DNA of 32,000 nt from an uncultured Nitrososphaerota archaeon (GTDB taxonomy: Archaea; Korarchaeota; Korarchaeia; Korarchaeales; Korarchaeaceae): assembly GCA_964480775.1 (NCBI GenBank), contig CAYZRF010000017.1, forward strand, positions 7,305 through 39,304. Direction: 5' to 3'. The notes below the pieces were generated by a model. That model was given only the letters and a program-made list of their open reading frames with translations. It searched no databases and had not been told where the DNA came from. Position 1 is the first letter of the stretch. The number at the start of each line of letters is the position of its first letter. The translations under genes were made by a program, and so were the position numbers. This document shows, in pieces, positions 1 to 7,670 of this stretch.

Positions 1-1
1 C

Positions 2-244
2 AACACCATAAATTTTGTCAAATCAAGAAGAAGATATGTCGCTGAGCTTTCAAGAGTACTTAAACCAAAAGGATATCTGTTTATTGAAACTTTATCAGAG
101 AAGAGCAAAGAATACGGAATACCAAGGGAAGAACTTGACTGGCTGATAACTCCTTTCTTTGAAATTTTAGAAATAGAGGAGTTTAACGCCCCTTGGGGAG
201 GACATAACCTTCTACATTATAGAATCTTAGCTCAGAACAGATGA
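2..244 (+). CDS. C-terminal fragment of a probable class I SAM-dependent methyltransferase (5' end outside the window)
   Basis: Frame 2 is open from the window edge to TGA at 242-244. It is absent from the ORF track because there is no start in the window. Translation: ...RRYVAELSRVLKPKGYLFIETLSEKSKEYGIPREELDWLITPFFEILEIEEFNAPWGGHNLLHYRILAQNR. The VLKPxGxL segment resembles the distal part of Rossmann-fold methyltransferases. The call rests on this short fragment only. Confidence 0.45.
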   Translation, partial: NTINFVKSRRRYVAELSRVLKPKGYLFIETLSEKSKEYGIPREELDWLITPFFEILEIEEFNAPWGGHNLLHYRILAQNR

Positions 245-408
245 ATGATTATAACTGATTTATTCGTAAAAAGGTAGCTCGTACTTCATCTTTTTCAATT
301 AACTAGTTTTGTCGAGATAAGACATTTTTCTCTTCTCATAGGGTGGTTTTGGATTCAAAAACGAGATCTCCTAAAGTTTTTGCTATAGCCTTTCTCTCCT
401 AAACTAGG

Positions 409-424
409 AAAAAATTTAATTAAT
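409..424 (+). promoter_or_regulatory. Candidate archaeal TATA/BRE box for the acyl-CoA dehydrogenase gene
   Basis: AAAAATTTAATTAA lies about 25-40 nt upstream of the ATG at 449. That spacing implies a very short or absent 5' leader. This is sequence pattern only. Confidence 0.25.
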
Positions 425-448
425 CCCAATAAAGAGCATAGGGTCACT

Positions 449-1681
449 ATGGACTTTAGTTTCTCTGAGGAGGAGGAGCTTTTCAGAAGTAGCGTTAGAG
501 AGTTCTGCGAGAAGTATATAGCCCCAAAATGGATAGAAATTGATGAAGCCAGGGAAGGAACCCCTGTAGATCTAATTAAAACAATGGGACAGCAAGGACT
601 CTTTTGTATCCCGGTAAGCGAAGAATATGGAGGAATGGGTGGAACGCTCACTATGGCAGCCATAGCTGTAGATGAAATGGCCTACTACGATCCCTCAATA
701 GCTATCCCAGTTTATACCCTTCTTGTCAACGGATGGCCCATGTTACTTGACCTTTATGGAAGTGAAGAAGCCAAATCAGAGATTTTACCAAAAGTAGCTG
801 CTGGAGAAGCTTTCTTTGGAATTGCAACAACTGAACCCCAAGGAGGTTCAGATATCGCTGGTACAAGGGTAACTGCTAGAAAAGAAAATGGAAAATGGAT
901 TTTTAATGGAGAAAAAGCCTATATCAGCGGGGTGAAGGAGACATTAGAACTTCCTTGGGGAGGAGGCTTTTTCTTGATCGCAAGAACTGGTCCAAAAGAA
1001 GCTGGACACAGAGTTCTCACAACTTTTGCGTTCTTGGTCAAGAAAGACGGAGAAATAGTCAAAGGATTTGAACCGACCTATTATGAAGATATTGGAAGAG
1101 CGGGCATCTCCTGCGGAGGCTTTATGCTCAACGACGTTGAAGTAGACGACAAGTATAGGCTTGGAGATGAGAACAAGGGATTTTACGTAAATATGGAAGG
1201 CTTTAACGTAGCAAGGATACTTGTAGCAGCAGCAGCCATAGGTTCTGCTAGATGGGCCCTTGATCAGGCCAAAGAATGGTTTAGAGTGAGAAAACTCTTT
1301 GGTAGGTATATTTCCAGCTTCCAAGGAGTCAACTTCAAGTTCGCAGAGCTTTATGCAAAGCTGGAAGCGGCTAGGCTCATAGTTTACAAGGCCGCTTGGC
1401 TCGCTGACCAGATATACATTTACAAGAACCCGGCTTACAGTCCCAGAGACCTTAACGTTCCCGTTGCTATGGCAAAGATGATGGGACCAGAGGCTGCTGC
1501 GGACATATATGAGGAGGTCATGAAGTGGCACGGAGCATACGGCTACACAAGGGAGTGCCCAATCTTCAGAGGTTGGTTAGGAACTTTCTCCTACGTGATA
1601 GGAGCAGAAGGAGCTCAAAACATCATGAGATACATAATAGCCCGTGATACAATAGGTGCAGAATACGTTAGACCAGGCTAG
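449..1681 (+). CDS. Acyl-CoA dehydrogenase (ACAD family flavoprotein)
   Basis: 410-aa ORF with typical ACAD layout. The N-terminal helical region is FSEEEELFRSSVREFCEKYIAP. The middle domain carries FGIATTEPQGGSDIAG. The C-terminal helical domain ends in GAEGAQNIMRYIIARD, which holds the expected catalytic Glu position. It sits in a beta-oxidation and ETF gene context. Confidence 0.9.
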   Translation: MDFSFSEEEELFRSSVREFCEKYIAPKWIEIDEAREGTPVDLIKTMGQQGLFCIPVSEEYGGMGGTLTMAAIAVDEMAYYDPSIAIPVYTLLVNGWPMLLDLYGSEEAKSEILPKVAAGEAFFGIATTEPQGGSDIAGTRVTARKENGKWIFNGEKAYISGVKETLELPWGGGFFLIARTGPKEAGHRVLTTFAFLVKKDGEIVKGFEPTYYEDIGRAGISCGGFMLNDVEVDDKYRLGDENKGFYVNMEGFNVARILVAAAAIGSARWALDQAKEWFRVRKLFGRYISSFQGVNFKFAELYAKLEAARLIVYKAAWLADQIYIYKNPAYSPRDLNVPVAMAKMMGPEAAADIYEEVMKWHGAYGYTRECPIFRGWLGTFSYVIGAEGAQNIMRYIIARDTIGAEYVRPG

Positions 1682-1726
1682 ATCCAAAAATAGATAGGGA
1701 AAAGCAGAGTTGAACACTCAACCAAC

Positions 1727-1781
1727 TTTCTTACCCCTTTTCCCTTTTTTATGCCTTTTCTACCTATCTTCTCTATATTTT
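1727..1781 (+). terminator. Pyrimidine/oligo-T-rich tract, probable archaeal terminator for the acyl-CoA dehydrogenase transcript
   Basis: TTTCTTACCCCTTTTCCCTTTTTTATGCCTTTTCTACCTATCTTCTCTATATTTT begins about 45 nt after the stop codon and contains several T4-T6 runs. Archaeal RNA polymerase terminates at oligo-T. Confidence 0.35.
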
Positions 1782-1896
1782 CAATTCCTCCCTTTGTCTT
1801 ATGAGCTTATATCAAATTTTAGAGATATTGCTTTGGAAAACATTTCTTTTGCCTAGGAATGCCCTCAAGCCTGCTCATTAACACTTCTATATCCTC

Positions 1897-1930
1897 AAAA
1901 TATAGATAAAGAAAAGAGAAGAGGGAAAAG
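1897..1930 (-). terminator. Oligo-T-rich tract on the minus strand, probable terminator for etfBA
   Basis: The plus strand reads AAAATATAGATAAAGAAAAGAGAAGAGGGAAAAG, so the minus strand is T/C-rich. It lies directly downstream of the etfA stop at 1948. It mirrors the tract at 1727-1781 in this convergent intergenic region. Confidence 0.35.
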
Positions 1931-1947
1931 ATGTGCCTGGTGCTAAC

Positions 1948-2916
1948 TCATCCTTCTTTCTCAGAGACCTCTTTCAGCGCCTTCATCAGTTCTGGAATAA
2001 CTTCATAGAGATCTCCTACAATGCCGTAATCTGCGGACTTGAAGATCGGGGCCTCTGGATCTTTGTTTATCGCTACTATTACCTTTGAGTCCTTTATGCC
2101 TGCAACGTGTTGTATTGCTCCGGAAACCCCTACTCCTATGTAAAGCTTTGGTTTTATTGCTACTCCTGAGAGGCCAATCCATTCTGTGTACCATCCCAGG
2201 TCAGCTGCAATTGGTCTTGTGCATCCTACACATCCTCCAAGCATTTCAGCCAGTTGCTCCAGCATCCGAAAGTCCTCTTTCTTCTTTATACCTCTTCCTC
2301 CAAGCACAACGACCTCTGCTTCCTCTACCCTAACAGCTTTGATTTCTTTCGGTTTGAATTCAATGAGTTTTAGGCTTGGCTCTGGCAACTCCAAGCCGAG
2401 TTCGACAATTTCCCCTTTACCTCCAGAGGGGGCCTTTTCATACCTCCCTGGCTTCAGCAAAACTACCGCTGGTGTGCTCTTACATCTCTCTGTAGCGACC
2501 GCCATTCCAGCGTAAGCTGCACGTTTCGCTACGACGCTCCCATCGTCACCAATGTCAACTTCCGTGCATTCCGACATACAGCCTGCATTGAGCCTAGCTG
2601 CTAACCTTCCAGCCAGCTCCTTGCCTCTCTTAGTTGCGCCAATTAGCAGCACCTTTGGTTTTTCCTGCTTGGCAATGGTCTCGATGGCAGCAGCATAGGA
2701 CACAGGATCGAATCTCTCTAAGGAAGCATGATCTATAAGATAGACTTTATTTGGTCCGTGTTCAGACAGCTCTTCAGCCATATCCTTTACTCCATGTCCC
2801 AAGATGACTGAAGCTAAAGGAACATTCAGCTTCTCTGATAATCCTTTTCCAGCCGTTAAGAGCTCGAGACTAACGTTTTTATTCTCTGAATAAACCCAAA
2901 CCTCGTTTTCAGCCAC
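1948..2916 (-). CDS. etfA: Electron transfer flavoprotein, alpha subunit
   Basis: 322-aa ORF whose C-terminal FAD-binding signature region is [53 protein letters not shown]. It overlaps the etfB stop by 8 nt (2909-2916). Confidence 0.92.
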   Translation of the reverse strand: MAENEVWVYSENKNVSLELLTAGKGLSEKLNVPLASVILGHGVKDMAEELSEHGPNKVYLIDHASLERFDPVSYAAAIETIAKQEKPKVLLIGATKRGKELAGRLAARLNAGCMSECTEVDIGDDGSVVAKRAAYAGMAVATERCKSTPAVVLLKPGRYEKAPSGGKGEIVELGLELPEPSLKLIEFKPKEIKAVRVEEAEVVVLGGRGIKKKEDFRMLEQLAEMLGGCVGCTRPIAADLGWYTEWIGLSGVAIKPKLYIGVGVSGAIQHVAGIKDSKVIVAINKDPEAPIFKSADYGIVGDLYEVIPELMKALKEVSEKEG

Positions 2917-3706
2917 CTAGAACTCCCTCCCTAATCAAAGCTTCAACGAGCTTTTTCACCGCTTCGCTTGCTGGCATTTCCTCAAATATGACTCCCTTTC
3001 TCTTTATCTCGGGAGCTTTAGCATCTAAAATTTGCACTGCTGAGCCATTTTGGCCAAGTAATTCGCTGGGTATACCGAGTTCAGATGCATTCAGCATTTT
3101 CATGGGCTTTTTAGAGGCTCTCATTATTGCCGGTAGGGGTGGAATTCTTGGATCGTTTATCTCTCTCGTTACTGTGAGTAGGGCAGGCAATTTGACCTCC
3201 ACAACCTCATATCCGTCCTCTAGGTCTCTTTCGACTACTATTGAATCGTCTTTGACCTCTATGATTCTCTTTACGTAAGCTACTTGGGGAATTCCTAGCA
3301 ATCCAGCTAACCTAGGGCCTACTAAAGAGGAGTAACCATCACTCGTAGCTTCTCCGCATATTATCAGGTCGAATCCTTCCAGCTTTTCAATGGCCGTTTT
3401 TAGAACGAGGGACGTTACAAGAGTATCTATGTCATTGAACAAGGGATCGACGAGCAAATAAGCTTCGTCTGCACCCATTGCAAGAGCTTCTCTGAGTCCC
3501 ATCTTTGCGCTTTCTGGACCAACTGTTAAGACCGTTACATGCCCACCGTGCTTTTCCTTGAGTCTAATAGCTTCTTCTATTGCCCTTTTATCGACATCGC
3601 TGAGTTTCATCTTTGCTCCGGCCAATATTGGCTCTCCAGTTGACGAATCAAACCTAAGCTCGCTCACATCAACAGCATACTTAGCACAGGTGATTACTCT
3701 CAACAC
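2909..3706 (-). CDS. etfB: Electron transfer flavoprotein, beta subunit
   Basis: 265-aa ORF with typical EtfB sequence: VITCAKYAVDV..., GADEAYLL, LIICGEATSDGYSSLVGPRLAGLLGIPQVAYV, ALLTVTREINDPRIPPLPAIMRASKKP. The start is GTG at 3706, with a GGAG about 9 nt upstream. Confidence 0.92.
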   Translation of the reverse strand: MLRVITCAKYAVDVSELRFDSSTGEPILAGAKMKLSDVDKRAIEEAIRLKEKHGGHVTVLTVGPESAKMGLREALAMGADEAYLLVDPLFNDIDTLVTSLVLKTAIEKLEGFDLIICGEATSDGYSSLVGPRLAGLLGIPQVAYVKRIIEVKDDSIVVERDLEDGYEVVEVKLPALLTVTREINDPRIPPLPAIMRASKKPMKMLNASELGIPSELLGQNGSAVQILDAKAPEIKRKGVIFEEMPASEAVKKLVEALIREGVLGG

Positions 3707-4034
3707 ACTCTTGATCTCCGATTGTTTAGTTATAAGTAATTATGTCGGCAGGTTCGACTGGGCCAGATGGAGAGATTTCTATTATTAAAATAGTGAGATT
3801 ATTGGAAGTGACAGGTAATTAAGATGTTCTCAGATTTCTGGCTAACTTGTTGGTTACCATGGTTCCAGTAGCTTCGGCCCCAAGATCGGAATTTTCATCG
3901 TTTTCAAATTGTAATTTCACTATGTGGTGCAGCTGTAGATTTCTGTACCCCTTTCTTATAGCTATAAGAATAAGCTAACAAATTAATAATCTAAGAAAAG
4001 AGAATTTTATCCAAAAATTTCTAATTTCTCATAG

Positions 4035-5345
4035 TTAGGATTCAGGGACTCCCATCTTTTCTTTTAGATAAATCAAAGTGCTTGTGGCAGCGGCTCTGGC
4101 ATGAGAAATGCTACTCATAATATCCATTGGACCGGTGCAGCATCCTGACAGAAATACACCATCGATTTGTGTCTCATTAACTGATCGTAGAGGATCTAAA
4201 ACCTTAAAGAAAGTATCTCCATTTATTTGAACGCCCAGCTGGTTTCCAACATTCCTAGCATGGCTTGAACCAGTTACTCCAGGAATCAAGATGACGAGGT
4301 CGACATTTAACTCCTCTAACTTCCATGTTCCTGCGTCAAAGATCCTTAAGGTTAACTTTCCCTCTTTATCTCTTATCTCAGAAGGAATTCCGTGGAGCAT
4401 AACGATGCCACTGTCTCTAGCGGTCTGATAAAATTCCTCGTGCATTCTTCCAGAAGCTCTTATGTCGTTGTAACAGACGTATACCTCTACCTCTTCCCTA
4501 TATAACTGCTTTATCTCGTATGCTTGTTTTAGTGCTGTCATGCATCCTATCCTGCAGCAGTGCTTTAGAAATCGTCTGTCTCTTGAACCAGCACATAAGA
4601 CAAAGGCAACTGATTTGGGTCTCTTCCCATCAGATGGTCTTACCACCTCTCCTTTAGTTGGCCCTCCTGGATCTAGCATCCTTTCTAATTCCAAGCTCGT
4701 AATTATGTTCTTATATCGGCCATATCCCAGCTCCTTTACCCTTGAAATGTCAAATAACTCCATCCCAGTGGCTAAAATCAAAGCCTTAACTTGGATTTTT
4801 GTTTCTTCTGGTCTTTCATCTAAGTTTATTGCATCATTTGGGCAGGCCTCGACGCAAGCATAACATTCCTCTCCTTTGAAATGAAGACATGCTCTTTCAT
4901 CTATTGCAAATCCCTCCGGAAAGGGCCTCACAGAAGGATAATCTATAGCCTTCCTTTTTCCTATACCGAGTTCATATTCTCTATTGTACTCGACTGGGCA
5001 TACTTCAGAACACTTCCCGCATGAGATGCACTTGTTTATGTCCACATGCCTAGGCTTCTTAATGATTTGAAGTTCAAAACCCTCTTCAGTCTTCTTTATA
5101 GCTTTAATTTCAACATTTGTCATTATCTGAATATTCTCTAAGTTTCTTAGCTCCTTGAACATCCCATCTAGTATGCTTGATGTTGGATCAAGCGTCGGGA
5201 ACACTTTGCTTAAAAGCGAAACATTTCCTCCTAAGCTGAAGTTTCTCTCAAGCAGGTAAACTCTCACACCTTGTTTTGAGAGGCATAGGGAAGACTCAAT
5301 GCCAGCTACTCCTCCTCCCACAACTGCTACCGGTCCTATAACCAT
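4035..5345 (-). CDS. hdrA: HdrA-like FAD/FeS oxidoreductase (short form of heterodisulfide reductase subunit A family)
   Basis: 436-aa ORF that starts directly with the dinucleotide-binding motif VAVVGGGVAGIE. An inserted ferredoxin domain carries CISCGKCSEVCP and CX7CYACVEACP. An HdrA-type CAGSRD...HCCRIGCMTALKQA segment follows. It lacks the N- and C-terminal extensions of the roughly 650-aa methanogen HdrA. Confidence 0.8.
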   Translation of the reverse strand: MVIGPVAVVGGGVAGIESSLCLSKQGVRVYLLERNFSLGGNVSLLSKVFPTLDPTSSILDGMFKELRNLENIQIMTNVEIKAIKKTEEGFELQIIKKPRHVDINKCISCGKCSEVCPVEYNREYELGIGKRKAIDYPSVRPFPEGFAIDERACLHFKGEECYACVEACPNDAINLDERPEETKIQVKALILATGMELFDISRVKELGYGRYKNIITSLELERMLDPGGPTKGEVVRPSDGKRPKSVAFVLCAGSRDRRFLKHCCRIGCMTALKQAYEIKQLYREEVEVYVCYNDIRASGRMHEEFYQTARDSGIVMLHGIPSEIRDKEGKLTLRIFDAGTWKLEELNVDLVILIPGVTGSSHARNVGNQLGVQINGDTFFKVLDPLRSVNETQIDGVFLSGCCTGPMDIMSSISHARAAATSTLIYLKEKMGVPES

Positions 5346-5449
5346 ATCTATCGGCCTCTACTCATTGTGTATTATTGCTTGGTTACTCATCACTGACACT
5401 GGATCTTTTTATGGTTAATCCTTAATCTTTTGAGGGCAGGAGGGGACAG

Positions 5450-5983
5450 ATGGCAAGCGGTATGTCTAGCAGCCTATTGGATCTGATGACTCTAAAAAGA
5501 GCAGACTGGAGTATTCTGAAGGAAATAGCTAAGAAAATTGGAGAACAAAACCCAAAGAGTTGCTTTGAATGTACGAAATGCACCAGCGGTTGTCCAGCAG
5601 CAGAATTCTTGGAGATGTATCCCCACAACATAGTGTGTGCCGTCAGGGAAGGACTAGCAGAGGAGATTATCAACTCTGATGTGATCTGGAGGTGTGCTCT
5701 CTGTCTTAAATGCAAGGAAAGGTGTCCTCAAGAAGTAGCGCCTTCGGATCTCATAATAGCTCTAAGAAATATCGCCACGGACCGGGGAGTTGGCGTTCCC
5801 GAAGACCTAAACTCCGTTCTCAACTCGATCATGGAAATTGGATACATTCATCCCCCTATGAAGGCCTTCTCGAGAAGGCTAAGGAAAACTTACACGCGGG
5901 AAGATCTTGGCCTGAAAGTTCTGAAGGGACCTAAGGATATGGATGCTTTCAGGGAGGCTCTGATGGCTGCCTTCGAAGAGTAA
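5450..5983 (+). CDS. hdrC: HdrC-like 2x[4Fe-4S] ferredoxin subunit
   Basis: 177-aa ORF with two CX2CX2CX3CP motifs (CFECTKCTSGCP, CALCLKCKERCP). A strong Shine-Dalgarno sequence, GGAGGGG, lies upstream of the ATG at 5450. Its stop overlaps the hdrB-like start (TAATG at 5981-5985). Confidence 0.78.
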   Translation: MASGMSSSLLDLMTLKRADWSILKEIAKKIGEQNPKSCFECTKCTSGCPAAEFLEMYPHNIVCAVREGLAEEIINSDVIWRCALCLKCKERCPQEVAPSDLIIALRNIATDRGVGVPEDLNSVLNSIMEIGYIHPPMKAFSRRLRKTYTREDLGLKVLKGPKDMDAFREALMAAFEE

Positions 5984-6879
5984 TGGGAGGGTTTCGATTG
6001 GGAAGCGATGGTCCGAGATATGCTCTCTATCTGGGATGTATGATAGCGAATGAGGAGTATGCATATGAGATGTCCACTAGAGAAATCATGAGGGAGCTTG
6101 GCGTTGAATTAGTAGATCTAGAAGGAGAAAGCTGTTGTGGTAGTCCAATCCGCAGCTTGAACACAAGATTATGGCTATACCTTGCAGCCAGAAACCTTTC
6201 TCTTGCCGAAAGAACGGGATTAGATGTTCTTTGTCTCTGTAGTGGGTGCTTCGAATCCCTGCTCGAAGCAAAAAATTTCCTAGAGAACAGCGAAAGTCTA
6301 AAGAAGTGGGTTAACGAGGCGTTATCTCTTGAAGGGCTTGAGTATACAGGCAGGTGTAAGGTGAAGCATCTTGTCCAGGTTTTGCATGACGACTTGGGCG
6401 TTGAAAGACTGAGAGAGCACGTAAAAAATGAGCTTAAAGGTCTAAAATTAGCATCTCATCCAGGGTGTCATCTGCTTAGGCCAAGCAAGGTGCTTAGAGC
6501 AGATGATCCAGAGGATCCGAGGAAACTGGATGAACTTATCGAAGCAAGCGGCGCTGAGGCTATCGACTATCCAGAAAAACTAGATTGTTGCGGAGCAGGA
6601 CTGCTTCTAATGAAACCAGAGGGGACTATGAGCTTTGCTGGGACTAAACTAAAGGCTTTGGCAGCCAGAGAAGTGGATGGTTTGGTAACGGTGTGTCCTG
6701 CTTGTCATGTCGTGTTCGATAAAAGACAGGGGGCCATAAGCAGACAGGTGGGCGTCGATAAGAGGATTCCAATAATTTACTACCCACAGCTACTGGGACT
6801 GGCCTTTGGTATAGAGTCTGAGAGGTTGGGAATCCATCTGAATAGCAGCCCTGTGGAGGAAATCCTATCCAAGATATAG
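5983..6879 (+). CDS. hdrB: HdrB-like subunit with two CCG (cysteine-rich) domains
   Basis: 298-aa ORF with two complete CCG-domain patterns. The first is GC...CCGSP...CLCSGC. The second is GCHLL...CCGAG...VCPACH. It is translationally coupled to the hdrC-like gene. Confidence 0.82.
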   Translation: MGGFRLGSDGPRYALYLGCMIANEEYAYEMSTREIMRELGVELVDLEGESCCGSPIRSLNTRLWLYLAARNLSLAERTGLDVLCLCSGCFESLLEAKNFLENSESLKKWVNEALSLEGLEYTGRCKVKHLVQVLHDDLGVERLREHVKNELKGLKLASHPGCHLLRPSKVLRADDPEDPRKLDELIEASGAEAIDYPEKLDCCGAGLLLMKPEGTMSFAGTKLKALAAREVDGLVTVCPACHVVFDKRQGAISRQVGVDKRIPIIYYPQLLGLAFGIESERLGIHLNSSPVEEILSKI

Positions 6880-6881
6880 AT

Positions 6882-7670
6882 TCATTTCCCCTTGAACTCA
6901 GGCTTTCTCTTTGAAAGAAAAGCCTGTAGTCCCTCTTTTGCATCTTCGGTTGAAAAAACAGCGCTAAAAGCGTGCTTCTCTAGTTCTAACCCTACATCAA
7001 TGGGAACCTGAGAACCGAAGATCAAGACTCGTTTTATAAGACTTTGAGCTATTGTAGGTCCTTCAGCGATTCTTTCTGCTAGAGACATGACCTCCTCTCT
7101 AAGCTTCTCCTGAGGAACAACTTTGTGGACAAGTCCCATGTCCAAGGCTTCTGAAGCAGAGATTCTATCTCCAAACATCAAAAATTCCATTGCTCTGGAC
7201 AAACCTATGATCCTAGCCAGCCTTTGAGTGGCTCCCCATCCAGGAATAATCCCCAATTTAACTTCGGGGTTTCCTAGTTGAGCATTTTCGACCGATATTC
7301 TGAAATCACAGGCCAAGGTGAGTTCAAATCCACCACCTAGAGCATAGCCGTTTATAGCTGCTATTACAGGAACACGAAGACTTTCAATTTTCTTCATCAA
7401 TCTCTGCCCTATCTCGGATAGCTCCAGAGCCCCCTGAGAATCTAGCTTAGATAACAATCCTAAGTCAGCACCAGCGCAAAAGGCCTTTTCTCCCTCGCCG
7501 GTTATTACAACACATTTTACTTCCTTATCTTCTTCTACCTTGTCCATGACATCTGAGAGCTCCTTTAACATCTTCATGTTGAAGACGTTCAGCTTATCTG
7601 GTCTGTTAAGATAAACCCAGAGAACCCCCTTCTCCTTCTCCACCCTTAACGTCTCATAATTAGTATACAT
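6882..7670 (-). CDS. Enoyl-CoA hydratase (crotonase family)
   Basis: Crotonase hallmarks are present: VVITGEGEKAFCAGADLG, AAINGYALGGGFELTLACDFR, GIIPGWGATQRL. The ORF track extends to 7715. I prefer the ATG at 7668-7670 (MYTNYETLRVEKEKGVLWVYLNRP), which matches crotonase N-termini and overlaps the upstream gene by only 11 nt. Confidence 0.88.
   Translation of the reverse strand: MYTNYETLRVEKEKGVLWVYLNRPDKLNVFNMKMLKELSDVMDKVEEDKEVKCVVITGEGEKAFCAGADLGLLSKLDSQGALELSEIGQRLMKKIESLRVPVIAAINGYALGGGFELTLACDFRISVENAQLGNPEVKLGIIPGWGATQRLARIIGLSRAMEFLMFGDRISASEALDMGLVHKVVPQEKLREEVMSLAERIAEGPTIAQSLIKRVLIFGSQVPIDVGLELEKHAFSAVFSTEDAKEGLQAFLSKRKPEFKGK

Noticed and set aside
944-1531. A 195-aa ORF antisense to the acyl-CoA dehydrogenase gene. 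Similar antisense or shadow ORFs sit inside etfA/etfB, hdrA, thiolase, the MFS gene, cdhA-E, RACo and others (for example 355-663, 2186-2515, 4540-4863, 13174-13548, 23052-23465, 26605-26997).
   Set aside because: All lie fully inside strongly supported conserved genes on the opposite strand or in another frame. Their composition is low-complexity and rich in Ser/Leu/Pro/Cys, unlike the real proteins here, and they show no recognisable motifs. They are typical shadow ORFs.
1772-1906. A perfect 10-nt inverted repeat, TCTATATTTT (1772-1781) and AAAATATAGA (1897-1906), with extended purine/pyrimidine complementarity between 1727-1781 and 1897-1930. It could form a long-range hairpin.
   Set aside because: The arms are AT-rich and 115 nt apart. 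The simpler explanation is two mirror-image oligo-T terminator tracts, one per strand, serving the convergent acd and etfBA transcripts.
3751-3758. A GGTTCGAC string resembling a tRNA T-loop in the etfB-hdrA spacer.
   Set aside because: The flanking bases (GGCAG / TGGGC) do not form a T-stem. No acceptor or anticodon arms can be drawn, and the surrounding sequence is AT-rich, unlike thermophile tRNAs.
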